NCBI GenBank assembly: GCA_048941285.1
Contig: JBHLNS010000003.1
Location: 83,736-147,735, forward strand
Length of the DNA: 64,000 nt
Source of the DNA: Promethearchaeota archaeon
GTDB lineage: Archaea; Asgardarchaeota; Lokiarchaeia; Sigyniarchaeales; SOKP01
Reading direction: 5' to 3'
Under the pieces are notes generated by a model that worked only from the letters and a program-made list of their open reading frames with translations, was not told the DNA's origin and searched no databases. Positions 1-10,487 of the stretch are shown here, one piece after another (positions within the stretch are counted from its first letter, which is position 1; every line of letters starts with the position of its first letter). The position numbers and the translations under genes were made by a program.

Positions 1-1758
1 GATGATTTACTTCAATCTATGAGATTTTTAAAAGAAAGTAATGCCATTTCTAAAGATCAATTAGAGAATCTGAAAGATAAACTACAAAATAAAATTGATA
101 ATTTAGACCAATTATTTCAATCAGCAAAACATTTAAAAGAATCTCCAAAATTTAATTCAGATAAAATTTTAAACAATAGCATTAAGCAATCTTCTTTTGA
201 ACATAATTTTAATTTGGCAAATTCACTTGATCAATTTTTTGGAACGAATCTAAGAACCTCATTATTAGATAAATATGATCAACAGTTTAAAAATTCCCAA
301 ATGAACCTTTCACTTGAAACATTAACGAAAACATCATTTGCAAGCAAATCATGGAATTCATTGTTTAATCAAGCACTTAAAAATGCCATTAATGAAGCAA
401 TGAGCCAGACTAAAAAATTTGAAGCTTTTAAAACCCTAACTCATCAATTACAACAACTAGCTAATAGCTCTCCAAATATGCATTGTAGCCAAAAAATGGC
501 ACAAAACATTCCAAATCTTACTTCGTTAACTTTAGATTCATGTGAAAATCCCTATCAACTACGAAATGCTACAGAATTTTTAAGAAAAATTGGATTAAAT
601 ATTGAGTCAGAACTAATTGAGAAGATTGGAAAGAAACTTCAAATGCCTGAGGATGAAATTTTTGAATTAATTGAACCAACATACCAATTATTAAAAAAAT
701 TAATTGAAAAAAATAAAGCAGATTTTCAAAGAATTAGTAATTTAATGAATCAGATTCAAGATCAATTGAATTTCGAGAGGATAAAAGAATTAACAGCTAG
801 TGCATTAGCTTCAAATAATAGAGATGCATTAGGAGCTCTAGGAAATTTTAATTTAAGTGATGCTTTAAAAAGCGCTCAACAAATTGGAGGTCAAGAAGGA
901 GAAAATAAAATGATTTCGTGTTTATCAGCAGGTAGTGGTGAAAATCTTCTTAAGCAATGGTTTATCCATCGAAACAGTTTACAAGAAAATACTAAACAGA
1001 AAGTAAAAGAACTTGCTAAAAAAATGTTAATTGAATTAGGTATTTATTATTCAAGAGCCCATTTAGGAAGTTCTACAACTGGACCAATACCAATTAATAT
1101 AGTAAGACCATATTCAATTGGAGACGATTTTGAAAATATTGACCTAGAAGAGACAATCAACAATATCTTAGAAAAAGGTAAAAAATTAGATTATATTAAA
1201 TATGACGACTTTTTTGTCTTTGAAACGGCTAAAGGACTAAGAACTGCTTGTTTTGAGCTTGATATTTCAGGTAGTATGAGTGGTGATAAACTTGCTTATA
1301 TGAGCATATGTATAACAATGTTATGTTATGGGATGCGTAAAGATGAACTTGGTATCACTTTTTTTGAATCCAATACTCATGTTTTAAAAAGATTAGATGA
1401 AAAAATCGATTTAGAAAAATTGGCAGATGAACTACTCTCTGTTACTGCTCGAGGGGGAACACGAGTACAAAGTGCCGTTGAGTGGGCGAATAAACAATTT
1501 AAAGAATATTCAACTTCACGTGAAAAACTAAATGTATTGTTTACTGATGCTGAAATTTTTGATCTAAAAGAAACTATCCCAGAATTTAGAAAAATGCGTT
1601 CTTTAGGAGTTGATTTCATACTTGTATGCCCTGAAACTTCTTTCAACTTGAAAGAAGCTAAAAAGATGGTTAAAGTAGTAGGAGGACAAATGCTTACAAT
1701 AAAAGATTGGAATGAGTTTCCCAAATTAATTTCAGAAATAATAAAATCAAGATTCTAA
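1..1758 (+). CDS. von Willebrand factor A (vWA) domain protein with a long helical N-terminal region. The frame is open to the window edge, so the 5' end may be truncated (first ATG at 19).
   Basis: The C-terminal third has a MIDAS-type motif (ELDISGSMSGDKL, DxSxS) followed by a vWA-like strand/helix pattern. The six codons before the ATG (1-18) contain no stop. Confidence 0.7.
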   Translation, partial: DDLLQSMRFLKESNAISKDQLENLKDKLQNKIDNLDQLFQSAKHLKESPKFNSDKILNNSIKQSSFEHNFNLANSLDQFFGTNLRTSLLDKYDQQFKNSQMNLSLETLTKTSFASKSWNSLFNQALKNAINEAMSQTKKFEAFKTLTHQLQQLANSSPNMHCSQKMAQNIPNLTSLTLDSCENPYQLRNATEFLRKIGLNIESELIEKIGKKLQMPEDEIFELIEPTYQLLKKLIEKNKADFQRISNLMNQIQDQLNFERIKELTASALASNNRDALGALGNFNLSDALKSAQQIGGQEGENKMISCLSAGSGENLLKQWFIHRNSLQENTKQKVKELAKKMLIELGIYYSRAHLGSSTTGPIPINIVRPYSIGDDFENIDLEETINNILEKGKKLDYIKYDDFFVFETAKGLRTACFELDISGSMSGDKLAYMSICITMLCYGMRKDELGITFFESNTHVLKRLDEKIDLEKLADELLSVTARGGTRVQSAVEWANKQFKEYSTSREKLNVLFTDAEIFDLKETIPEFRKMRSLGVDFILVCPETSFNLKEAKKMVKVVGGQMLTIKDWNEFPKLISEIIKSRF

Positions 1759-1762
1759 AAAA

Positions 1763-4111
1763 ATGGTTGATAACTCGATATCTAGTCTAATAATTGATAA
1801 ATTTGGTTTAAATCTATACCAAAAATCACTTAAATTCCTTTCTAATAAGATCAATATAATTAGTATTGAAGAAGATCCCCTATTAATTAGAAGTCTTATC
1901 TTGGATAATGAACGTGAATTTCATCTTATAATAGACGAAAAAAATAATGAAATTTTTCACGATTGCCCATCATTTTTAATTCATTCTGAAAAAAGTAAAA
2001 AAATTTGCGTTCATTTAATAAAAATATTATCAATAATTAAGATTAACATAGCTCAAAAGATTTTAGACAATTTTAAGAGTTACCTTTTAACTTCTGAAGA
2101 TTTAGGCTCACAAAAAAAAAGCAAAAATTTTCTTTTATTAGCTAATAGATGTTTCAAAGACGAAAATTGCGTAGAGGCGCTAAACTATATGAATAAAGCA
2201 ATTTATAATCAAGCTGAAACTGAAAATATAATTGAAAGCTATCTCAACACAGCTATAAATAATAATTTATTTATTGAATTTTTTGAGTTTTTGAGAAATG
2301 GGTATGAGAATGATTTAAAGAAAAATTTTTGGACTTTTAACAATTATATTGAAAAGGGATTTAAGAAGTTTCTAAACATTATATCAAAATACTCCTTTTT
2401 TGATCTTCTTAAAATTATTGAATCTATTAACAAAATACTAGAATTTAAAGATATATCGTTTATAGCGGCCCATTTTAATAAGCTTAAAGTTTTGATTGAC
2501 AGTAAAAACTTTAATAATCAATATTTTTCAACTTATATAGTAAAGAGCAATTATTCTGACCTTGTTAAGCTAAATCCATTATTTAAGGAATTAATATCTG
2601 AAACTTTTTTAAAGTCTCTTAAAACCGAATTGTTAAATTATTTCTTTTCTGAAATAGATAACTTTTGTATCCTTGATAAGTTAAAGATATTGAAAAAACA
2701 ATTTCGAGTTATAAGCATTCCGAAGGAACAATATTATAGTGAATATAATAAGTACAAAAAAGAAATTAAGGAATTGGAAAGAAAAGTTTATCTTAAAAAA
2801 TTTGCTTTCTTAAAATTTTTAATGGAAAAACATAACCTTATAAGAGCTAGAGGGGAGTTTAGGAAAAAAAGAAACACATATATAGTACAGCATAATGAAG
2901 AAAATTTAAAAAATCCTGTATACCATTATATTGTTTCTCGTATTGGCTTTTTTGGATTAAATGACCAAACAATTAAGTCATCTGAAATGGGAATCAATTA
3001 CTTTATAATGAAAGAATTATTTTCAGATGATTTTAGTAGTTTTCAAGACGTTTATTATTATAGACAACAATTTTGGGGAGAAACTAATGATTATGAAATA
3101 AAATCACTTGATGGTTTATCATTACTAAGTGAAAAAATTGAATATAATTATGATATAGTTCATAATGAATCGGAGGACGTAATGGTAATTGAATGGGATC
3201 TAGCAAATAGATCAATTCAAGGAAGCCTAGTTAATGCATATGGGTCTCAAATAATCATTCCTGATTACAATAATCCATTATTTTATGATTTAAAACCATT
3301 TGATCTTTGTTATTGCAAAAAAACACCGATTAAAATCGAAAGTAATATTATTAAAACGATTAATGTAATTACAAAATGCTCATTTGAAGACGTTATTAAG
3401 AATATTTCAAAAGGTATGGAATTTATTGAAGGTTACTATCCATTATCACTTATAAGAGCAGTTTTGAATAAAGAGATTAATCCCTTTCAAGCTAATGAAA
3501 TTGTGGTAAATAATCCAAATAGAGTATTCGTACCTAATTATAGCGTCTTTATTAAGGCATTTAAAAAATTTTTACTAGACTATATTTTTACCGAAAGAGA
3601 TGAAATTTTTGAAGACATGAAAAAAGATATTGATCTTAATGCTGATCAGCTTTTGAGCTTACTAAATTTAAATAATGAATTAGCTGGATTAGATCTACCA
3701 TACATTGAAATATTAAACAGATGTATTTATCCAAATATTAAAATAAAAGAATTTAAATCGAGGTTCTTAAATGAAATCCACTTATTTATTAAAGATTTAT
3801 TAAATAAATCTAAGCTTGGAAGTACGAAAATATTTGATTTAAAAAAAATGCAACATACACCCTTTTTCAAATATTCTAATAAAATTCTTGAAATTCGAAA
3901 AGATGAGTTTGAAGCCTCTGAAATAGTTAGATTTTATGATAAAAATAGAGTTTTTTATAATATGTCAGGCATTTATAAGACATTTTATGGAAGAAAATTC
4001 TTTGAAATTCTTCAATTTAAGGAAGATTTAAACCTTCAGCCAGATAAATTTAAGAAATTCCGTGATTTTAGTTCCAAATTAAATCTGAAGTTAAACATCA
4101 TTGAAGCATGA
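1763..4111 (+). CDS. Large SWIM-like zinc-finger protein of unknown function.
   Basis: It starts 4 nt after the vWA gene. Residues ~65-88 (FHDCPSFLIHSEKSKKICVHLIK) fit the SWIM pattern (C/H)xC..CxH. The rest is helical/TPR-like with no catalytic motif that I recognise. Confidence 0.5.
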   Translation: MVDNSISSLIIDKFGLNLYQKSLKFLSNKINIISIEEDPLLIRSLILDNEREFHLIIDEKNNEIFHDCPSFLIHSEKSKKICVHLIKILSIIKINIAQKILDNFKSYLLTSEDLGSQKKSKNFLLLANRCFKDENCVEALNYMNKAIYNQAETENIIESYLNTAINNNLFIEFFEFLRNGYENDLKKNFWTFNNYIEKGFKKFLNIISKYSFFDLLKIIESINKILEFKDISFIAAHFNKLKVLIDSKNFNNQYFSTYIVKSNYSDLVKLNPLFKELISETFLKSLKTELLNYFFSEIDNFCILDKLKILKKQFRVISIPKEQYYSEYNKYKKEIKELERKVYLKKFAFLKFLMEKHNLIRARGEFRKKRNTYIVQHNEENLKNPVYHYIVSRIGFFGLNDQTIKSSEMGINYFIMKELFSDDFSSFQDVYYYRQQFWGETNDYEIKSLDGLSLLSEKIEYNYDIVHNESEDVMVIEWDLANRSIQGSLVNAYGSQIIIPDYNNPLFYDLKPFDLCYCKKTPIKIESNIIKTINVITKCSFEDVIKNISKGMEFIEGYYPLSLIRAVLNKEINPFQANEIVVNNPNRVFVPNYSVFIKAFKKFLLDYIFTERDEIFEDMKKDIDLNADQLLSLLNLNNELAGLDLPYIEILNRCIYPNIKIKEFKSRFLNEIHLFIKDLLNKSKLGSTKIFDLKKMQHTPFFKYSNKILEIRKDEFEASEIVRFYDKNRVFYNMSGIYKTFYGRKFFEILQFKEDLNLQPDKFKKFRDFSSKLNLKLNIIEA

Positions 4112-4125
4112 TATTAAATAATGAT

Positions 4126-5316
4126 TTAATTTTCAAATTGTAATTTTCCATAAACAGCATCATGACCCGGTATAAACCAGAATTTCCCTTTTCTTATTTT
4201 TCGAATCGCTTCAATTAAATTTTCAGGGATATTATCAAAATTACTTTTACCTTCCCAGATTGCATATTCGTTATCATTGTTTTCAATTAATTTATAATAT
4301 ATGGATAAATTTCTTTTATCATATTCAGATCTCCCTAATACAATTGAAATCACATGTAATAATGGGACAATATATTGAAAGTTTATTTTGAAAGGATTTA
4401 TTTGGTCTCTTAAATCTTGAACTCGCGCTAATACTCCTTTAGTTAGTTGCTTTTTGCAATAAGGACAAATATTAATATTAAGTTTTGGACTACAATAATA
4501 ATCTTTATTATCAAAATGTCGTTCTGGTCTATGACCATTATAGTAATATTTACCGTGTGATGGTTTAAACTCATAACTCTTAACAATTTTGTTTCTTTTA
4601 ATTGAATCTATCAAATTATGGTAATTTAATTTATTAAGATTAATTTTCGTAGCTTCTCTTCCCAATCTATGAAAATTTGTTGAATGACTATCAGAATTAG
4701 ATATAATTGACACTTTATTTAATTCTGAAATACTCCTAACCATTAATGGATCTGCACTCAATCCAGTTTCAATACAATTGATAGAACTCGTTGCATAACC
4801 TAACGCATCTTTCATAGTATTAAAATGAGATTGATTACCAAATATGCCGAAATAGGGAGTAAAAATATGTGCGGGAATTATCTCAATATACTCATCAATA
4901 GATTTCAATCCAAAAATGAGATTTTCTGCAGATTTATAGATCTTTGGTCTACCATCTTGTGCTAAATTGCCAAATTTGGAAAGATAGTTAAAGCTTTCTT
5001 CTAATTTTTCAAAATTTGGAAAAAGAATAACGAAATGTATCTTTTTAACTGGTGTAATATTTTTCCAAGTTGCCTCAATTTCTGTTTGTAATATGAAATT
5101 AACATTTGGTATTTTTGGCGTATAGAATATTCCATCTGAATGTTCAATCAAATTGTTCTTTAATTCATTCAACCATAACGGGTGGAGACAATCGCCTGTT
5201 CCTACTAATTGAATTCCTTTCACGCTGCAATTAGCAGCAATTTTATAAATATCAATACTTTTGCTAGCTCCTCCTGAAAATTTACTATGGATATGTAAAT
5301 CACATATTTTATTCAT
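4126..5316 (-). CDS. endoQ: Endonuclease Q-like PHP-domain nuclease (repair of deaminated bases).
   Basis: The N-terminus (CDLHIHSKFSGGAS..LVGTGDCLHPLW) is a PHP-type metal site. There is an internal SNSDSHS motif and a C-terminal zinc-ribbon segment (CPYCKKQLTKGVLARVQDL). The length of 396 aa matches EndoQ architecture. Confidence 0.65.
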   Translation of the reverse strand: MNKICDLHIHSKFSGGASKSIDIYKIAANCSVKGIQLVGTGDCLHPLWLNELKNNLIEHSDGIFYTPKIPNVNFILQTEIEATWKNITPVKKIHFVILFPNFEKLEESFNYLSKFGNLAQDGRPKIYKSAENLIFGLKSIDEYIEIIPAHIFTPYFGIFGNQSHFNTMKDALGYATSSINCIETGLSADPLMVRSISELNKVSIISNSDSHSTNFHRLGREATKINLNKLNYHNLIDSIKRNKIVKSYEFKPSHGKYYYNGHRPERHFDNKDYYCSPKLNINICPYCKKQLTKGVLARVQDLRDQINPFKINFQYIVPLLHVISIVLGRSEYDKRNLSIYYKLIENNDNEYAIWEGKSNFDNIPENLIEAIRKIRKGKFWFIPGHDAVYGKLQFEN

Positions 5317-5575
5317 ATTATTAATTCATTTTCGTTGAAATTTGTAATAATGTTTCATTTAACTTATTTAAAATCATAAATAAATTAAATTAGATTATAG
5401 TAAATTTAGTCAACTAGGCAAAAAAATTCAAAGCTTCCACTTAATCACAAAACTAATACTATATTTTTAAAAGAATAGTAAAAATTGTATCAGTAGTTTT
5501 TTTATTAATGCATAAATTTTATTTACATAGAATCTGAAAGTTTAATTGAAAATTACTAAATAAAATTATTACAAC

Positions 5576-6862
5576 ATGACAAAAAATAATTTTCAACACC
5601 CTTCAAAGGATATAACAGAAAGTAAAGGTACTATTCTTAGAGGTAAAACCATTTGTATGTGTTTAACTGGATCAGTAGCAGTAATATCCTCTCCTATTGT
5701 AGCGCGAGAGCTTATGAGATTAGGAGCTGAAGTAATTTGTGTTATGTCTAAAGCTGCTACAGAATTGATCAATCCTGCTTTAATGGAATGGGCAACAGGA
5801 AATAAAGTTATTACAAGATTAACGGGAGCGGTTGAACATGTTTATCTAGCAGGTGAAAGGCCTAAAACTGTTGGAAAAGCTGATTTAATCTTAATATGTC
5901 CCGCTACAGCAAATACAATTTCAAAAATAGCTTGTGGGATTGATGATACCCCGGTAACAACAATAGCTTCAACAGCATTTGGATCATCTTTACCTATTGT
6001 TATTGTACCTGCAATGCATGAGAGTATGTATAAACATCCTGTCTTAGAAAAAAATGAGCAACAATTACGTGAATGTGGTGTAGATATATTAGGCCCTAGA
6101 ATTTCTGAAGGTAAAGCTAAAATAGCAAAAATTGATGATATAATCGATAGGGTAATCGATTTATTAGTTACTAAGAAGGATTTGGATGGAAAGAAAATTC
6201 TCATTACTGCGGGGCCAACAAGAGAAGCAATAGATTCAGTTCGATTTGTTTCGAATAAGTCATCTGGAAAAATGGGTATTGAATTAGCTAAAGAAGCGTC
6301 TGCTAGAGGAGCTGATGTATTGTTAATTGCTGGTGAATGTACTGCAAAACTTCCAAATTATATAAAAACTAAACACGTCATTTCAACAGACGATTTTATC
6401 AATTCCGTGAAAGATGAAATCTCATTAAACAGTTATGATTTTTTCATTTCAGCGGCTGCGGTAAGCGATTACAAACCTACTGAATATATTGAAGGAAAAA
6501 TTTCTACAGATAATGTAGAAGAGCTAAAAATTAATATGAGATTAACTCCTAAAATAATAAACGTTGCTAGAAAAAAGGACTATAACTTATTTATTGTAGC
6601 ATTTAAAGCAGAAACTAATGTTTCTAAAAGTGAACTTATAGAACGTGCGTATAATAGACTCATTAAATCTGAAGTTGATTTGATTGTAGCAAATGATATT
6701 GGAAGAGAAGATATAGGATTTAATAGTAAATATAATGAAGTTTTCATTATAGATAAGAAAAAACATATAACTCATGTTGAGAGAAATACTAAACGATATA
6801 TTGCATCAAAAATAATAGATGTTGCTATTGAGGCATATCAAAAAAGAAATTCTTCAAATTAA
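5576..6862 (+). CDS. coaBC: Bifunctional phosphopantothenoylcysteine decarboxylase / phosphopantothenate-cysteine ligase.
   Basis: The N-terminal flavoprotein domain has CLTGSVAVISSP and CPATANTISKIACGIDDTPVT. The C-terminal DFP domain has ITAGPTREAIDSVRFVSNKSSGKMG. Length is 428 aa. Confidence 0.85.
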   Translation: MTKNNFQHPSKDITESKGTILRGKTICMCLTGSVAVISSPIVARELMRLGAEVICVMSKAATELINPALMEWATGNKVITRLTGAVEHVYLAGERPKTVGKADLILICPATANTISKIACGIDDTPVTTIASTAFGSSLPIVIVPAMHESMYKHPVLEKNEQQLRECGVDILGPRISEGKAKIAKIDDIIDRVIDLLVTKKDLDGKKILITAGPTREAIDSVRFVSNKSSGKMGIELAKEASARGADVLLIAGECTAKLPNYIKTKHVISTDDFINSVKDEISLNSYDFFISAAAVSDYKPTEYIEGKISTDNVEELKINMRLTPKIINVARKKDYNLFIVAFKAETNVSKSELIERAYNRLIKSEVDLIVANDIGREDIGFNSKYNEVFIIDKKKHITHVERNTKRYIASKIIDVAIEAYQKRNSSN

Positions 6863-7135
6863 GGTTTGTAAGAATTTTAAATAATATTTCCTAATATAAA
6901 CCCGATGATTTTTATAATTTAATATTCGATGAAAATATTTAAATACTAATTTATTTACTGTAAACAGTGAATATTATTATAAAATTCGAATAGATAATTA
7001 AAAACTATGAAATTTAGATATATATCATATATCTTATAGTTTTTTTAATTAATTTGCAAATAGATGTATATATTTTTATAGATTGCTGTAATAAAGGTTT
7101 ATTAAAGAATTTATCATACGAGTGCGTCTAAAATT

Positions 7136-10100
7136 ATGTCAAAAGAAGAAGGTAAAATTAAACAAGGCACAATAGCAGAGTACATGCGTAAGCGAACTCA
7201 ACTAGTTGGTTTTGAATTTGGTTATTGGAAACATGTTCAATATTGTGCTGAATTTATTGATAATGCCTTAGACGCCATTGAAAGTTTTCAATGGAAAGAA
7301 TTAAAAAAAACAGATTCTAAAATAAAATTCTCTTTGGATCAAGAATTATTCCTAGAAAAATTTTCTATTGTTGACACCGCTAAAGAAGAAAAAAAATCTC
7401 AACATTTAAATAATGGAGCAAAGCAAACATTAATGCAGGAGTTAGGTATTGAAATTATTGAACCAAATTCAAAAGATATTCAAGAATTAGAAGAAAAAGA
7501 GGAAGAATCTGAAGATGTAATTACCACGGAAGAATTAGAAGTAGAAGAGGAAGTTCAAAGAATAATCGATGACATGCAAGAAATAATTAAACCCGTTGAA
7601 AATGTAATTGATGTAGAACCAATAGTAGTGGTTCGTATAAGAGAATATGAAGCACCCTCTTTTTTAACATCTGAAATCAGTCAAAAAAATATTATGAGTT
7701 ATACATTTGAAATTTTTGATAACGGGACAGGAATGTCAAAAATTGATCTTAGAAAATTTGGGAGATATCTTGCTTCTTCAAAATCTATGGAATTAAAACA
7801 AACTCGAGGTAGTCAAGGTTTTGGTGCCCCAAGCGCTTTTAGTGATGCTCAAAATACAACTGGCAAACCTGTTATCACAGTATCGAAGTCTGTCGACAAT
7901 ATTTATGCAACTGTAACAGAATTTTTTACGACTTCCAAAAATGAGAAAAAATATTTAATTCACCCAACTGATATTGACAGCTTTTTTCTTCATGGTACGT
8001 ATATTAAACTAAATTATCTAAATGTAAAATATGTCAAAGGATTTGTTGAAAAATATATTGAAGAGACTGCATTTATGAATCCTCATGTCACAATAATTTA
8101 CATTGATCCTGAAGGGAAGGAAAAAATTTACCGAAGATTAGCTACATCTTTCCCAGATGAACCCAAATATGCTAAACCTCATCCTTCCTCGACAAATATA
8201 GGGGATCTACAAGATTTAATTACAAAATCAGAAAATAAATCAATTTCTGCATTTCTACAAGATAATTTTGTAAGGATGAGTTCAAAAACAGCAAAAGAAA
8301 TAGTAGACATTGCTGAAAGGGATTTACAGGATCAATTAAAACTCCTAATTTTAGAGGATGGATTTGTAAATATAGCAGAAAAGAAGACAGATGACATTAA
8401 CTTCATGAGATATGAAAAACGGGTTTATGGACGTTCTGATAACCCCAGAGACAAATTAATTATTTATCAAGTCGAATCAGAAGATTTAAAGGAGAAATAT
8501 TGGAAATTAGTCAATAATTATAACAAATTCATTAAAGATTATGAAAAAATAAATAAAGAAATAAAGAAACTAAATAATCGCATTGAAAAAACTGAGACTC
8601 AAAAAGAAATAAAAAATATTGAGAAAGATATTAAAAAACTCTTAAACGAGATAGATACTATTAGAACTCAAAAAGATAAAATCAAATTAGATTTGAATAT
8701 ATTGTTTAAAAATGCAAAAGAAGGATTAATTGAATTAAAAAAGTTAAAAAACAGAACAGATTTTGAAGATGTTCTCAATAAAGTTCTTATTTCAAAAGTA
8801 AAGCCAATTGAATTAACGAAAGAACAATTTAATTCTCTATTTCTAGCTTTTAAGTCTGTTAAGTATATGGCACCTCCAACAGATACAGCAATTCCCGTAG
8901 GAGAATCAACTCTAGAAAATACTTTAATTAAAGAAATCGGATTAAGAATTTCAGAAAATATTGATGATTTTGCAGGTCACGTTGAAAATGTTAACCAAAC
9001 CTATGAATTATTACGCGAAGATAAAAAAAAAACCCCATTTGTAGAAAGTAATGAAATTGATGATGATGCAATCAATAATATTTCAATACAGTCAGAAGAA
9101 GTTATCAATTTAAACTCAGAAATATTAGGAACTATTGACATTGTTGATGAAGTTATTGATCAAGAGCAAAAAAAGCAATACATCGATGACCTTATCCTTT
9201 ATTCTGATACTGTTTCCATAGATACATACCAAACTGTATTTGAATATTTCATCGAGAATTATACAAAGGATGATGATTTTGTAGCTGCAGAAACTAGAGC
9301 TCCCACAAGTGGGAAAGGATTAGCTTATGTTGTTGAAGCTGTTATGGCATATTCAAGAAATCTAGAAGTACCCAAACGATCTAGGGATGTTTTATCTAGA
9401 TTCGTAAATAGAACCCCAAAATTAAGAGATAGTGCAGACTGCGCAATCACCAAAGCAGTTCAATCAGTTAATTGGAAAAACTACAATCTCGATACATATG
9501 ATAATAATTTACCAAAAGGACCAATTAAATTATTAGTTAATGTTTCCGGACCTTTTGTACATCTAATGTTTAAATCCCAATCAAAAAACGCATTAGCTGA
9601 TGATGAAGATTTAATTAAAGAAATTAAATATTGCTTGGAAGCAATAGGTAGAAGATTGAGAATATACATTAATAGAAAAGCAAGTCTTCATAAAAGTGAG
9701 AAAAGGGCTAGTTTAATAGAAAAATATATACCACTCTTTGTTAACAGCTTATATAATATTGCCTCTCAAGGCGAAAGTATACATAAATCAAAGCTGGATA
9801 AGAAAGAATTGGAGGACTTAATGAAGAATGCAATAGGTAAAAAACCAACTCCTATTTTGAAAGCTACAGAACCAGTAGAAATTAAAGAAAAGGTAATTAA
9901 AGAAGAAAAAGTGATAGAAAAACCATCTGAATTACCCCCTGTTGATAAGGAGGTAGAATCTAAAAAAGAGCTATTTTCTGAGAAAACTCTTAAAAATTGG
10001 ACAAAAAATGAGTTAATTGAATATTGTAATGAACATAATATTAACGTGTTATCAAAAGATACAAAAACTACTATTATTAGCAGAATTATTGAATCCTATA

Positions 10101-10486
10101 AAAAACCAATTGAAGTAAAACCTATAGAATTAAAAGTTCCAGAACCTCTTGAAGTAGGTCTTGATACAATACCAGGAAAACAAGTACAACTGCCAATTTC
10201 TAAAACAAAAGCTTCAACTATAGTATCTCCTAAAAGAATCCCTCCTAAATCTAAACCAAAACCATCAAAACAAACCCAAACAACATTACCTATAATAACC
10301 ACCGAAAAATTATTAAATGTTTTATCTTATGACTGGCAAACTATTAAACATCTTATTTTCAAATTAAAAATTAAAGATATGATGGATGCTCGGTATCTAC
10401 AGCTTAAACTCAAGGAATTAGAACGAAAAGGACAAGTTCTAGTTGAATCAAAAATGGGTAAAAGACAATGGAAATTGAAAAAGTAA
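7136..10486 (+). CDS. top6B: DNA topoisomerase VI subunit B, unusually long (1116 aa) with several insertions and a C-terminal extension.
   Basis: GHKL/Bergerat motifs are present: AEFIDNALDA (N box), FDNGTGM (G1) and QTRGSQGFG. A KPHP segment precedes the H2TH region. Transducer-like segments include ETRAPTSGKGLAYVVEA and RFVNRTPKL. The gene sits immediately upstream of top6A. Confidence 0.85.
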   Translation: MSKEEGKIKQGTIAEYMRKRTQLVGFEFGYWKHVQYCAEFIDNALDAIESFQWKELKKTDSKIKFSLDQELFLEKFSIVDTAKEEKKSQHLNNGAKQTLMQELGIEIIEPNSKDIQELEEKEEESEDVITTEELEVEEEVQRIIDDMQEIIKPVENVIDVEPIVVVRIREYEAPSFLTSEISQKNIMSYTFEIFDNGTGMSKIDLRKFGRYLASSKSMELKQTRGSQGFGAPSAFSDAQNTTGKPVITVSKSVDNIYATVTEFFTTSKNEKKYLIHPTDIDSFFLHGTYIKLNYLNVKYVKGFVEKYIEETAFMNPHVTIIYIDPEGKEKIYRRLATSFPDEPKYAKPHPSSTNIGDLQDLITKSENKSISAFLQDNFVRMSSKTAKEIVDIAERDLQDQLKLLILEDGFVNIAEKKTDDINFMRYEKRVYGRSDNPRDKLIIYQVESEDLKEKYWKLVNNYNKFIKDYEKINKEIKKLNNRIEKTETQKEIKNIEKDIKKLLNEIDTIRTQKDKIKLDLNILFKNAKEGLIELKKLKNRTDFEDVLNKVLISKVKPIELTKEQFNSLFLAFKSVKYMAPPTDTAIPVGESTLENTLIKEIGLRISENIDDFAGHVENVNQTYELLREDKKKTPFVESNEIDDDAINNISIQSEEVINLNSEILGTIDIVDEVIDQEQKKQYIDDLILYSDTVSIDTYQTVFEYFIENYTKDDDFVAAETRAPTSGKGLAYVVEAVMAYSRNLEVPKRSRDVLSRFVNRTPKLRDSADCAITKAVQSVNWKNYNLDTYDNNLPKGPIKLLVNVSGPFVHLMFKSQSKNALADDEDLIKEIKYCLEAIGRRLRIYINRKASLHKSEKRASLIEKYIPLFVNSLYNIASQGESIHKSKLDKKELEDLMKNAIGKKPTPILKATEPVEIKEKVIKEEKVIEKPSELPPVDKEVESKKELFSEKTLKNWTKNELIEYCNEHNINVLSKDTKTTIISRIIESYKKPIEVKPIELKVPEPLEVGLDTIPGKQVQLPISKTKASTIVSPKRIPPKSKPKPSKQTQTTLPIITTEKLLNVLSYDWQTIKHLIFKLKIKDMMDARYLQLKLKELERKGQVLVESKMGKRQWKLKK

Positions 10487-10487
10487 T

